64,000 bases of DNA, taken from the human T2T-CHM13v2.0 reference genome, Homo sapiens. The notes below the pieces were generated by a model, which saw nothing but the letters and a program-made list of their open reading frames with translations, was not told the origin of the DNA and searched no databases. The stretch lies in assembly GCF_009914755.1 (NCBI RefSeq), contig NC_060926.1. One strand, 5' to 3'. The position numbers and the translations under genes are program-made. This document shows, piece after piece, positions 32,229-44,829 of this stretch (positions are counted from its first letter, which is position 1; each line of letters opens with the position of its first letter).

Positions 32229-33594
32229 CTTTGTGGTTTTATCTACCTTTGGTCTTTGATGATGGTGACCTACAGATGGGGTTTTGTTGTGGATGTCCTT
32301 TTTGTTGATGTTAATGCTATTCCTTTCTGTTTCTTAGTTTTCCTTCTAACAGTCAGGTCCTTTAGCTGCAGGTCTGCTGGAGTTTGCTGGAGGTCCACGC
32401 CAGACCCTGTTTGCCTGGGTATCACCAGTAGAGGTTCAGTTGGAAATGCAGAAATCACCCATCTTCTGCATTGATCACGCTGGGAGCTGCGCACTGGAGC
32501 TGTTCCTATTTGGCCATCTTGGAATGGACCCTCTAAACCTTTTTAATAAACTTTTCCTCATGCTCTAAAACTTGCCTTGTCCTCTCACTCTGCCTTATGC
32601 CTCTCTGCTGAATTTTTTCCTCCAAGGAGGCAAGAATCAAGTTGCTGCAGACCACTACAGATTCACCGCAGCTAACAAAATCACTGCTGACCAACTCATC
32701 TCAGGATAAAAGTCAGGGTGGCTCTGTTTGGCTGGCTTATTCACCAACACAGATCTGGGGCAAGGAAAGGTGCTGAGAATTGTGGGCAAGAGAATCTGAG
32801 GACTTTGTCATCCCTTAAATTCTAGACTCTGAGAAGTTCAGCCTGCTTTTAAGTTTTGACTTGAGCTCTGTTAGATTCTTTATTCCATGCCTTTTAATCC
32901 CTGCCCCCTTCCCAGAGAGTGGCCTTGACTGACCCTTAGTTCCTCGCTAACAAAAGAACTGGCCAAACCAATGACTTGTAAACTGCCCTGAAGAGTCCTT
33001 CACCTCTCAGCCCCAGAACCATTGCTACAGCTCTTGTGGGCAGTAGGTTTGTGGAGGATGGATTCCCAAACAGCTGCAGGGCAACCACAGCCTATTAGCA
33101 GACTGCCTAGCACATACAATATTTGTTGAATTAAATTACTAATAAAAGGCAGGCAGAAGGATTACATTGAAAACACCCTGGAGCGTATGTTCCCATGAGG
33201 TGCTGCCACTGTAGGCTTCCAGCAAACAGCAGCAGCCAACACCTCAGCCTCATAATCAGAAAAGAAAATAAGATGTTGGACAGACCTGGAGGTCACAAAA
33301 CAAAGCTACATATAAGTCCTTTAAACTATAGACCTGTGAGTAACAAACAAGCCTCTGCAGCCATAAAGTAGGTCTTTTCAGGCACATCTTCCAGTCATAG
33401 TCTCAGAACTGACGAGCTCATAGCAGGGAGGTAGCCATTCTGCATCCCCTATGCTTAATGGCCAATGTTGCTGACCAAGCACAAGACTTTTCCAGTGAGC
33501 CCAGAAACAGCTTCAGAATCCTTCTCAGCACAGTGCTCCAGAAAGCTACTACATGTCAAAAGGTTGGCATTTCAGATGAAACTTACTTGCCATC

Positions 33595-33988
33595 TGAGGA
33601 GGCTAAAGCAACTCCATCTTGGATGCTAACCTACCATGTTGACTTCTGATTAACCCCAGTTCTAGGAAAGCCTCTAAGAGTTCTATTGTCATGTACTTAC
33701 TGTAAATTCTGCCTTTAAGTCAAAACAATCTTGATTTTATCATAAACACACGCTTACCATAAACCCTGTCCTTAAGCAAATTCCCTATGATATGTAAGCT
33801 TTGGGTCTGGTGGGTAAAAGGGAAGGGATCCACCATCTCACCTCGTGCCTGCCCAAGACATGGCTTCTGTTTATAAATTCCTATAAAATGTTTCTTTCTG
33901 AGAAACTGAATTTGTCAGCCTCTTTCTTCGGCCTCTCAGCTTCCTTGGCCTTTAGGAGTAGGTTTGCATGAACTGTTCACGCAGAACA
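33595..33988 (+). mobile_element. solo LTR, LTR47-like (ERVL class)
   Basis: TGAGGAGGCTAAAGCAACTCCATCTTGGATGCTAA...GCAGAACA, perfect 5-bp TSD CCATC (33590-33594 and 33989-33993). Family name recalled. Confidence 0.8.
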
Positions 33989-35146
33989 CCATCCTTGATG
34001 TAACATGCCTCCCTCATTTCAAAGGTGAGGAGACAGGTAACTCAATGAAGTTTATTGAATTTCCCATGCCACACGGTTATTTAGTAAAATAACTCAAAGT
34101 GTAACTTGGATCTTTGGACTCTTTACCCCCTGCTTTTTCTAGTAAACTATCTCTGAACCTTGAAATGTCCATTTTCAATAATGTCATCTTGGAGGCCTAA
34201 GAGCCTCCCCAGCATTTATGATGCATGCGATGCCTTAGGAAATGCTATCTAGCATCCATCCCAAAATAGAGGAAATAGAAGACCAGAATAACTCACTATT
34301 CATGAACAGGTTTACCATTAGGAATAACCACTTCAGGTGACATAAAAAACTTCAGCATAATTCTCTTTTTGTCACTATTTCCTGTCTTTTGCTTTTCTCA
34401 TAATTTCTCTAGGAGTTTAGCAACTGAACCCAAATGACCATATAAATGGTAAATGACTAAGAGAGAGAAATGCTGAAGCAAAACAGTAAGCTTTTTGACA
34501 TTTTATGATAGATTTTTGTTTGCTTGAGTTTTTGGCTTGGTAACAAGATCATCTTTGTATTTTGCTGTCTTTGATTGTTCACCTTCTCATAAGGGAAAAA
34601 CAATCTTAGTAAATCTTTTGTCTGTGTTGAACTTCACAGATTCAATTTTTTACTGCGCTAATATACTATATTGCTGGAAGAAGATAATTACATGATGAAA
34701 TTAAGACATTCTGCAATTATATCTTGTAATATCATTAATTTCCAGATACACACAAATTATATCTACCTCAAGAAGAATACCAATTTCCTTTGTTTCTCTC
34801 ATAAAAGCAGATAATAAGAATCGTACTCCTGCAATTATTTTAGACAAATTTTTAAATTTGTTATCTTAGACCTCTCAGAGCAGTAATGATACATTATCTC
34901 AAGTTTCAAGTTTTACTTTTAATCATTGTATTGCTAATGATCTTTCAGATTGAAAATGCTGTTTTCTTTTTGAGAAAGCCTTGACACTTTTTGTCATATC
35001 TCTCTAGTCTCTTCATAATCTTAGGAGAAAAATCATTAATGGTAATGAATGAATGGGCTTATAGAAAAGATTATGCCATAGATAACTTGACCCCATCTAT
35101 GTCGACACAAGAACTGTTTCATGTAAGACATAAAGAGACAAAATTA

Positions 35147-35440
35147 GCCAGGCATGGTGGCTCACACCTGTAATCCCAGAACTTTAGGAGGCAGAGGCAG
35201 AGGCAGGTGGATCACTTGAGGTCAGGAGTTCGAGACCAGCCTGGCCAGTGTGGTGAAGCCCAGTTTCTACTAAAAATACAAAAATTAGCTGGGCATGGTG
35301 GCACGTGCCTGTAATCCCAGCTACTCAGGAGGCAGAGGTGGGAGAATCACTTGAACCTGGGAGGCAGAGGCTGTAGTGAGCTGAGATCGCACCACTGCAC
35401 TCCAGGCTAGGCAACAAAGTGAGACTCTGTCTCAAAAAAA
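35147..35440 (+). mobile_element. AluS (Sz/Sx-like)
   Basis: Dimer, 15-bp TSD AAAGAGACAAAATTA. Confidence 0.95.
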
Positions 35441-38400
35441 AAAGAGACAAAATTAATAGTACAGAACAAAAAAGCTTAAAGAAGCCTACTTATAAGGAGC
35501 TTATGAAGTTATTCCAATTTTTATTAGAACTTTTTATTCACAACACATCAAAAAATATTGAGCATTATTTTATGAAAAACACTATGTCAGAGAACACAGA
35601 TGTCATTTAACCCTCTAAGAACTCATCTTCTAGCTAAGGAGTCAAGAATAAAAGAATCAACAAGGAAGAATGAGTAATAACATGAAGAGTTGCACTAGTA
35701 ATACAAGGCTAATGACCACATGAATCTTAAGGAAAGGCATTCTATGAGCTCAGAGAGAAGAGAGAACACAGAGCTTGATAAGTCTAGGAAGAGTTTCCAG
35801 GCAGAAAAGATATAAACAAAAGTAAATATAAGAGGAAAGACCCCATGGCCATAGGGGAAAAGTTGAACTTGAAAAGTAGGCATTCTGCATGATTCCATCT
35901 CTCATTTTTATTCAAATCTTTTCACACCTCACTGAGACTTGTCTTGTGTGGCCTCATTCCATTTTTTGATTCTGTTTCCTCTCTGCAAAATCACTAATGC
36001 TCATGGTTGCAATTATCCTATCTCTCAGGTACACTCTTAAATCTGAGCCTCCAGCAAATGTGGCTTCCACTTGGACCTTGAATCCTGCCTTGCCTCCTGT
36101 CTGGACTAATACCCTTCTTTCTATCCTGGTATGAACAAATCTTTTCAATCCATGTCAGCCAGTTAGATGTCAACTCCAGGGAAATTTTTCTTGATCCTTC
36201 AGTTGAAAGTCAAGCATCTTTTCTTTGAAGTCCTGTATCACCTTTTCTTGCCTCTACCATGAACAACCCTTTTCATTTGCTAAAACCCTGAACCATGCAT
36301 GGTTCCTTGCCATCATACTTTCTCCTGTAGGTGTTGGTGCATTTTTGTCCATTCTCTGAGAACCAGCTCTGCCACCAGCAGAGGTGGGCCCAGAAGCCTT
36401 ATTTGTGCTGCATAATCCCATACTCTTGACCATAGATAACTTGGCCATGACTGGACATCTGCCTCCAGTTAGGCAATGCCAGTTTTCTCTTTCACAATCA
36501 GAATAGGGACCTGGAAAAGCAAATGAGTTTCTGTTGGTTCTCAAACTTAAAAGGTATTTAGAATCAAAAGACACTATCAAGACTGAAAAGACAACCCACA
36601 GTATGAAAGCAAATAGCTTCAAGCCATATATCTTATAAAGGCCCAGTATGCAGAATATACAAAGAACTACTACAACTCAACAACAAAAGACAAACAATTC
36701 AAGTAAGAAATGAACAAAGGATTTGACTAGATATTTCCTCAAAGAAGATATACAAAGTACATGAAAAGAGGCTCAACATCATTCGTCAACAGGGCAATGC
36801 AAATCAAAACCACAATAAGATACTACTTCACAATCACTAGAATGGCCATAATAAAAAAAAGGAAAATAATAATTGTTGTAAAAATGGTAGATACATTAAT
36901 ACCCTCTTATGTTGCCAATGGCAATGTAAAATGGTGCACTACTGGAAAACAATTTTGTAGTTCCTCAAGAAGTTAAACATAGAATTACTATACAATCCTG
37001 CAATTCTATTCCTTGATACGTATCCAAAAGAACTGAAAACAGGTGTTTAAATAAAAACATGTACACGAATATTCATAGCAACTTTATTTATAATAGCCAA
37101 AAAGTATAACCAACCCAATGTCCGTCAATGGAAAAATAAACAAAATATGGTATACCCACGAGATGGAAAATAATTCAGCCATAAAGAGGAATAAAGTGCT
37201 GATACACACTACAATATGGATGAACATCAAAAACATTATGCTAAGTGAAAGAAGTCAGACACAAAAGGCAACATATTATATGGTACCATTTACATAAAAT
37301 ATCCAATCTATACAAATCTGTAGAGACAAAAAATAGATTTCTGGTTACCAGGGGCTGAGGGGAGATGGGAAAGGGGAGTGACTGTTATTTAATAATTAGA
37401 GGGTTTCTGATTTGGGTGAAAATAAAGTTCTGGAATTAGATAATGGTGATAGTTGTACAATACTGTGAATGTATTTAATGCCTCTAAATTGTAGATACTA
37501 AAGTGATAATTTTATGCTGTGTATTTTTCTTTTAATTTATAAAGGAAAGAGGTTTCATTGACTCACAGATCCACATGGCTGGGGAGGCCTCAGAATCATG
37601 GTGGAAGGCAAAGGAGAAGCAAAGGCATGTCTTACATGGTGGCAGGCAAGAGGACTTGTGCAGGGGAGCTCACATTTATAAAACCGTCAGATCTCATGAG
37701 ACTTATTCACTACCACAAGAACAGTATGGGGGAAACCACCCCATGATTCAGTTATCTCCACCTAACCTTGCTCTTGACACATGGGGATTATTACAATTAA
37801 AGGTGAGATTTGGGTGGGAACACAGCCAAACCATATCATTCCACCCCTGGCTCCTCCCAAATCTCATGTTCTCACATTTCAAAACCAATCATGCCTTCCC
37901 AACAGTCCCCCAAAGTCTTAACTCATTGCAGCGTTAGCTCAAAAGTCCACAGTCCAAAGTCTCATCTGAGACAAGGCAATTTCCTTCCACCTATGAGCCT
38001 GTAAAATCAAAAGCAAGTTAGTTACTTCCAAGATACAATAGGAGTACAGGGATTGGGTACATACACCCACTCCATATGGGAGAAATTGGCCAAAACAAAG
38101 GGGCTACAGGCCCCACGCAAGTCCAAAATCCAGTAGGGCAGTCATTAAACCTTAAAGCTCCAAAATGACCTCCTTTGACTCCATGTCTCACATCCGGTTC
38201 ATGCTGATGGAAGAGGTGGGCATCCAGGGCCTTCAGCATTTCCGTCCCTGTGGCTTTGCAGGGTATGGCCCTCCTCCTGGCTGCTTTCATGGGCTGGTGT
38301 TGAGTGTCTGCAGCTTGTCCAGGTGCACCGTGCAAGCTGTTGGTGGATCTGCCATTCTGGGGTCTGGAGGATGGTGGCCTCTTCTCACAGCTCCACTAAG

Positions 38401-38491
38401 CAGTGCCCCAGTGGGGGCTCTGTGTGGGGGCTCTGACTCCACATTTCCCTTCCGCACTGCTCTTGTAGCAGTTCTCTATGAGAGCTCGGCC

Positions 38492-38954
38492 TGTAGCAGA
38501 ATGAGCTGCAGACAAGAACCACTCACACACCAAGTTGTAGAAGGAAAGGGCTTTATTCAGCTGGGAGCATTGGCAGGCTCACATCTCCAAAAACCGAGCT
38601 CCCCGAATGAGCAATTCCTGTCCCTTTTAAGGGCTTACAACTCTAAGGGGGTCCAAGTGAGAGGGTCGTGATTGAGCAAGCAGGGGGTACGTGACTGAGG
38701 GCTGCATGCACCGGTAATCAGAACGGAACTGAACAGGACAGGGCTTTTCACAGTGCTTTTCCATACAATGTCTGGAATCTATAGATAACACAAGCAGTTA
38801 GGTCAGGGGTTGATTTTTAACTACCAGGCCCAGGGCGTGGTGCTGGGCTATCTGCCTGCAGATTCCATTTCTGCCTTTTAGTTTTTACTTCTTCTTTCTC
38901 TGGAGGCAGAAATTGAGCAGCATAAGACAATATGAGGGGTGGTCTCCTCTCTTA
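38492..38954 (-). mobile_element. LTR2 (HERV-E/Harlequin-type, LTR2B/C-like) solo LTR
   Basis: Minus strand starts TAAGAGAGGAGACCACCCCTCATATTGTCTTATG and ends TGCTACA. Perfect 4-bp TSD GGCC. Confidence 0.9.
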
Positions 38955-39040
38955 GGCCTATCCAGAAGACTTCTGCCTGGACATCTAGGTGTTTTCATAC
39001 ATACTCTGAAATCTAGGCAGAGGTTCCCAAACCTCAATTC

Positions 39041-39475
39041 TTTTTTTTTTTTCTTTTTTTGTGGTTTTAAGGAGCAGAGAGTTTAACAGGCAAGAAAGAA
39101 AAGAGAAGACAGAAGGAATAGGCTCCCCCATACAGAGACAGAGGAGGGGGGGGCTCCAAAGCCAAAAGAGGAAACCCCAAGTGGGGTAGAAACCAGCCTG
39201 GTATACGTAGAGGCTGCAGGAGGTGGTGTCTGATTTATACAGGGCTCAAGGGATTGGTTTAACCAGGCATGTCATTCACATAGCCCACAAAAAAGCTGGC
39301 CCTCCCACCCTAGCCTTTTAATATGCAAATACAGGGTGCCATGATGTTCTATACACATGGGGATATGTGGGGGTGGCCATGTTGCCAGGCACATGTGGGG
39401 CAAGGGCAAGAAGGCAGTGGTAATCACCATGTTTGGGTGGACCCGGTTTCTAATGGCTGGTATTTGCATATCAAA
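39041..39475 (-). mobile_element. polyadenylated ERV1 LTR fragment (U3-R) with long TSD
   Basis: Poly(T) at 39041-39060, LTR-like body with octamer and CCAAT motifs, TSD CCCAAACCTCAATTC / CCCAAACTCAATTC. Exact LTR family not determined. Confidence 0.8.
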
Positions 39476-40559
39476 CCCAAACTCAATTCTTGATTTCTGT
39501 GCACCTGCAGGCTCAACACCACGTGGAAACTGCCAAGGCTCAGGGCTTGTACCCTCTAAAGCCATGGCCTAAGCTGTACCTTAGCCCCTTTTAGCCACAG
39601 CTGGAGCTGGAGCTGAAGCAGCTGGGATTCAGGGCATCAATTCCCAAGGCTGTACACAGAAGGCGGGTCCTGGACCCAGCCCAGGAAACCATTTTTCCCA
39701 CTTAGGCTTCTGGGCCTATGATAGGAGGGGCTGCCTTGAAGATCTCTGACATGCCCTGGAGACATTGTCACCATTGTCCTGGAAATTAGCATTTGGCTCC
39801 TCATTACTTACACAGATTTCTGCTGCCAGCTTGAATTTCTCCCCAGAAAATGGGTTTTCCTTTTCTACTGCATCATCAGGCTGCAAATTTTTCAAACTTT
39901 TATGCTCTGCTTCCTCTTGAACGCTTTGCTGTTTAGAAATTTCTTCTGCCAGATACCCTAAATCATCTCTCTTAAGTTCAAAGTTCCACAGATCTCTAGA
40001 GCAGGGATAAATGCTACCAGTCTCTTTGCATAGCAAGAGTGACCTTTACTCCAGTTCCCAACAACTTCCTCATCTCCATCTGAAACCACCTTAGCCTGGA
40101 CTTTATTGTCGAATCACTATCAGCATTTTGGTCAAAGCTATTCAGTAAGTCTCTAGCAAGTTCCAAACTTCCCCACATCTTCCTGTCTTCTGAGCCCTCC
40201 AAGTCTCTAGGAAGTTCTAAACTTTCCCACATTTTCCTGTCTTCTTCTGAGTCCTCTAAACTGTTCCAACCTCTGCCTGTTACCCAGTTCCAAAGTCGCT
40301 TCCACATTTTCAAGTATTTTTACAGCAGTACCCCACTACCCAGTACCAACTTACTGTATTAGTCTATTCTCATGCTGCTAATAAAGACATACCCAAGACT
40401 GGGTAATTTATAAAGGAAAGAGGTTTAATTGACTTACAGTTCCACATGGCTGGGGAAGTCTCACAATCATGGCAGAAGGCAAAGGAGAAGCAAAAGCATG
40501 TCTTACAAGGTGGCAGGCAAGAGCTATGCTATTTTTTTTATCACGAAGAATTTTAATAT

Positions 40560-40693
40560 TTTTCTTTTTTTTTCAACAGAGATGGCAGATGGCTATGTTG
40601 CCCAGGCTGGTCTTGAACTCCTGGGTTCAAGCAATCCTCTGCCTCAGCCTCCCAAAGTGTTAGGATTACAGACGTGAGCCACTGCATCTGGCC
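40560..40693 (-). mobile_element. Alu monomer (FLAM-like)
   Basis: CTATGTTGCCCAGGCTGGTCTTGAACTCCTGGGTTCAAGCAATCCTC. Confidence 0.85.
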
Positions 40694-40791
40694 ACAGTAA
40701 TTTTTTAAAAGATATTTAAAGGGTATTTTAAGAGCCCCCAGCTAAATTGGGGTTTCAGTACCAGAGCAGCTAGCAACTCTGCCCTAATGGG

Positions 40792-41499
40792 ATGTCAGTG
40801 TTTATAGTATGCCTTCGTGGGATGCTTCTTTTACCTGGCAGATGACCTAATGCCTAGTTGTCTGACCTGCAACCAGGGAGTCCTTCACATGGGAAACTTG
40901 TTTATACCGGCAAGGCTCCCTCGTGGCTCTTACCTGAGCTGTGTCCATTTTATGCCTGCCTGACTCTCTCTCTGACCCTGGGAGCCTGACCTTGTGTTCA
41001 GCCCAGAGCCTTGAGGAAACTGGCCAGGGACAGCCCCTGGTTCTTCAGATGGAAGGCAACCATTCACTCCACCACCACAATAGGAAATAAGGTCAAGGAT
41101 TTGTATGTGCTCATCCTGGGAAGGTAGGGTATAATAAGTCGGGAGGGCAGTCCTTGGTCCCCAGTGTCCTGTGAGACAGGAATAAAAAGGCAGAGAGAGG
41201 GAAGCACAGAACAACAAGCAATGTATGTAAGGGAATAATAGGGTGAGGATAGCCTTAAGTTTGCATGCAAATGCCTGAATGGTCTTTTTAAGGAAGCAGC
41301 AGTAAAACAAGGAGCCCAGCCTTCTAGGCAGGAGAGATGCCTCTAAGTTCTTGTCTCTGGCCACCCGCTTAAGCCATTTGGATGTAGTGGAGAACTGGAA
41401 GCTGTGTCAAGGGTGACCGAGCCCTGCTTCTGGCATAAGAAGGGTAAATATATTCAAAATGGATGCTGAGGCAACATAAAATTATAAGAATTCACTACA
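40792..41499 (-). mobile_element. ERVL-class LTR (MER54-like)
   Basis: Minus strand starts TGTAGTGAATTCTTATAATTTTATGTTGCCTCAGCATCCATTTTGAATA. Left boundary and family uncertain. Confidence 0.6.
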
Positions 41500-42491
41500 G
41501 ACAGCTTGGGTGGCTTTTTTCATCACATTCATGGGGAATCAGAACAGCCAATTCACAAAGAATGAATGATGAAGCAATTGAGTAGAGAGAAATATGAAGC
41601 CTGAGAACAGGGCTGCCCTGGTTTCTCCTATCCCTCAAGATCTGGACTCTGCCCCCATGAGGCTCAAATGCATTCCCAGCCTTAGATTTCTACACTCTTA
41701 TTAAATTCCCTCTTTGCAATTCAGCAGTTTGAGTGGGTTTCTGTTACAGCCCCAAAGAGTCCTAAGATTCTCTGCCTTAGCTTCTTAAGGGCATGGTGTG
41801 TAGGATAATTCTCCATTTGTGTTCACAGGACCCTCCTAGTCTAGTATCCAATATTTAGCTGGCCACACAGGATCATGTGTTTTAAAAAGAAAGACAGAAA
41901 AATAGATTCAAACCAAGACAGGCAAAAAAACTTTTTGACCTAAGTAAAAACAGACCTAATGGAAGAATTTCTTCCGTCTCTCATAATAATTTAAATCAGG
42001 TTGCTTGGTAACCATCTTCCTTAAAATGGTACATTTGTTTTTTAAAAAAATAGTGTTTTTATAAGAAGCTGCGGATTTCCAAGCCAGGTTTTATAACCTC
42101 ATGCAGGCCCATATGTCTTTTTTCCAGGCCAAATTCCAACTGGTTTGCAAAGGGATATGCATGCTGAAAAGCAAGACCGAACATCGAGGGTCAGGTCAAG
42201 AGAGGAGGAAGGGTTTCGGTGTAACAGTAATATCAAAAGGGTGCCCTAAAATGAAAAAAAAAAAAGACCTCAGTTCTTCTGCTGTATATTTACTCTCTTA
42301 GAAAGAACCATTGGATAACACTGGCAAAGGCTATCATGCCAATGACTACATGGTGTGGTGTTCCCATTAAGTCACAAGAAGCGGTATCCAAGGAAGGTAG
42401 AGAGGAACTCAATCATTTGGATTTAATATAAAACTCTAAAGCCCTGAACAAAATGCAACCTAGGAGGTGGAATTATTTAAAAACTCTCTTC

Positions 42492-42807
<316 letters not shown>

Positions 42808-44439
42808 TCATTTAATGCAATTTGTGTATCCAATCTCTATTATATATCATAATAATCATTATTACTTAATACTATATTATTACTACATTGATGTGGTACT
42901 TGTTAGTTTTTACTGACCATCTCCAAGAACAAGAATGCCTTGAATCAAAGGATGAAACAGTATAATGGTTTGTTTTAAAAAAAAACAAAACTATATCCAC
43001 ACCAATTTTTTGTTGCCCTTGGGGAAAAAAGTATATCTCCTTGCATTGTTTCTGGGTTACGGTGTCTTTCTCTGCTTGCTGTAGGATACAGGTAGATACT
43101 AGAAGGGAAAACACTCCATCTCAAACATTCTAAGTCAAGGAAGTCAAAAAGTCAAGTAGGTAGTGCTCAATTGAAGTAATTAGCAGAATAGTGTGTCTAA
43201 TGTCGAAGTGCCAGCAGGTAACTAAAGCCACATCTTGATTATTGCATGGTTTCAATGCACTCCTAATATAATATTCTACTACAACTAAAGACCCCCTGGC
43301 ATTTTCTAAGTCAGCTTCCCCCTTAGATTCTTGTTCAGTCATTTTCCCTGGGGTTAAGATGGCTGGACAATATCTCGTTGGAAAGAAATATGAATTTCAA
43401 TAAGACTGTAAAGGAACATGTTTGAGGGGCTCAGCTGTGCTTGAGTTTTCAGTTAATAATTTAGAACACTCCTTTCTGCTTGAAATCTCCCTAATTGAAT
43501 GACAAGAATGAACTTGTCATAGGAGCTGACAGGCATCATTCTGAGTCACCCACCCCTGATCCCAGTGTCCAACTGAGGTGCATTTTTCTTTTCATATCAT
43601 CACAATTTTTTTGTGTGTGTTTTGAGAGTGAGAAATGAGGTCACCTGCAAGGTAGAGTTATAGCAGGAAGCCCCAGCTCAGGGGCCACCATAGTCAGGGG
43701 GGCTTAGGATGGCTCCTCCCCAGGCCACCACACCTCACTCCAGCAGCCAGTAGTGGCAGCAGTGTACTCTGGAGATGGACAGAAACCTTAATAATGGCCC
43801 AGTGACCCAAGAGCCACTTTCAGGAGCTATTGCAGCCTGGTCTAGAGCTCACAGCCCAGCCCTTCAGACAAATGATTTTGCAACAACCATGTCTGTTCAT
43901 AGTGAACCCGGATACTTCAGAGGTTGTTTAAAGCCTTACAATTTGTGGCTCCTATTCTCATATAGCTTATCATTAGTAGTCACATCCAGATATTAAAAGT
44001 TTGCAATACCTTATGAATTCCTTTGCATGTACACTATATTATTTAAGATTCAAAACCATTTTTCCCATAACTGACAACAAGTCATTTCTAATTAGATGAA
44101 AGAGATGTACTTAGGGGATGAGAGTGGGAATCTCAGCTCCATCCCTCTATGTGACCACAGTCATGTCAACCTCTCTGGTCCTCTAGTTCCTTACGTGTAA
44201 GATGACAAAGGACAGGTATTATATCATGCAATCTCTAGGTTCCTTTTCAGCTCAAAAGTCAATACGAAGGGAGACTTAAAGTCACTAATAGTTTAGCAGG
44301 GCCATACTGTCATAAAAAGTTATACTCAGGTTAGGTTCTTCAATTCAACCATTTATAGCACATTTTCATTTTGGTTGGAATCCAGCTCCACTTAGAATTT
44401 AATGTGTCATCACTTTAATGGGTCATTCAAGTTGTGACA

Positions 44440-44820
44440 TTATACAAATATTTATTCGGCACCCACTGTGAGCTGGGTCATATGCTATGAGTTGGAGATA
44501 AATGAAGAATGAGGTATGACCTCTCCCTCAGAGACCTCACAGCCTAGTGTGAAATAAAGCTGGACCAGCTGGCAATTGCAGTACATCGTGATGGGGGTCA
44601 ACAGTCATGCTGTGGGGACACATGTGGGGGTTGGAAGGGCCAAATCACAACATCTGAGGGCAGACCTGACAGAGAGGAAGTGAGCCAGACAGGAGGGAGA
44701 CAGAGACAGGGAGCGGTATGTGCACAGGCCCAGGCAGCGTGGGGGCTGTAAGCAGGCTGGAACCCAGGAATTGAGAAGAGGACTGGAGAGTGATAAGGCT
44801 GAAAAGGTTTGGGATAGTTA
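44440..44820 (-). mobile_element. L2 fragment
   Basis: CAAATATTTATTCGGCACCCACTGTGAGCTGGG is the reverse complement of the L2 3' end. Confidence 0.7.
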
Positions 44821-44829
44821 CTATTTAAT

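Larger units (their letters stand above)
37520..40523 (-). mobile_element. THE1 (THE1D-like) LTR-internal-LTR MaLR element, both LTRs partly deleted
   Basis: Left LTR about 37520-37838 ending CAGCCAAACCATATCA. Internal region gives MaLR ORF remnants (RDLWNFEL..DDLGYLAEEISKQQS). Right LTR starts TGTATTAGTC at about 40355 and stops at about 40523. Confidence 0.9.
36562..40715 (+). mobile_element. L1MB 3' fragment (main part 36562-37520) carrying THE1 and Alu insertions near its end
   Basis: ORF 36761-36976 (MQIKTTIRYYFTITRMAIIKK) and L1MB 3'UTR. Flanks TTAAAAGGTATTT / TTAAAGGGTATTT. Confidence 0.8.

Noticed and set aside
40147-40262. About 53-bp tandem duplication in THE1 internal sequence
   Set aside because: The copies are diverged and this is probably a subfamily consensus feature rather than a local event. 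Not verified.
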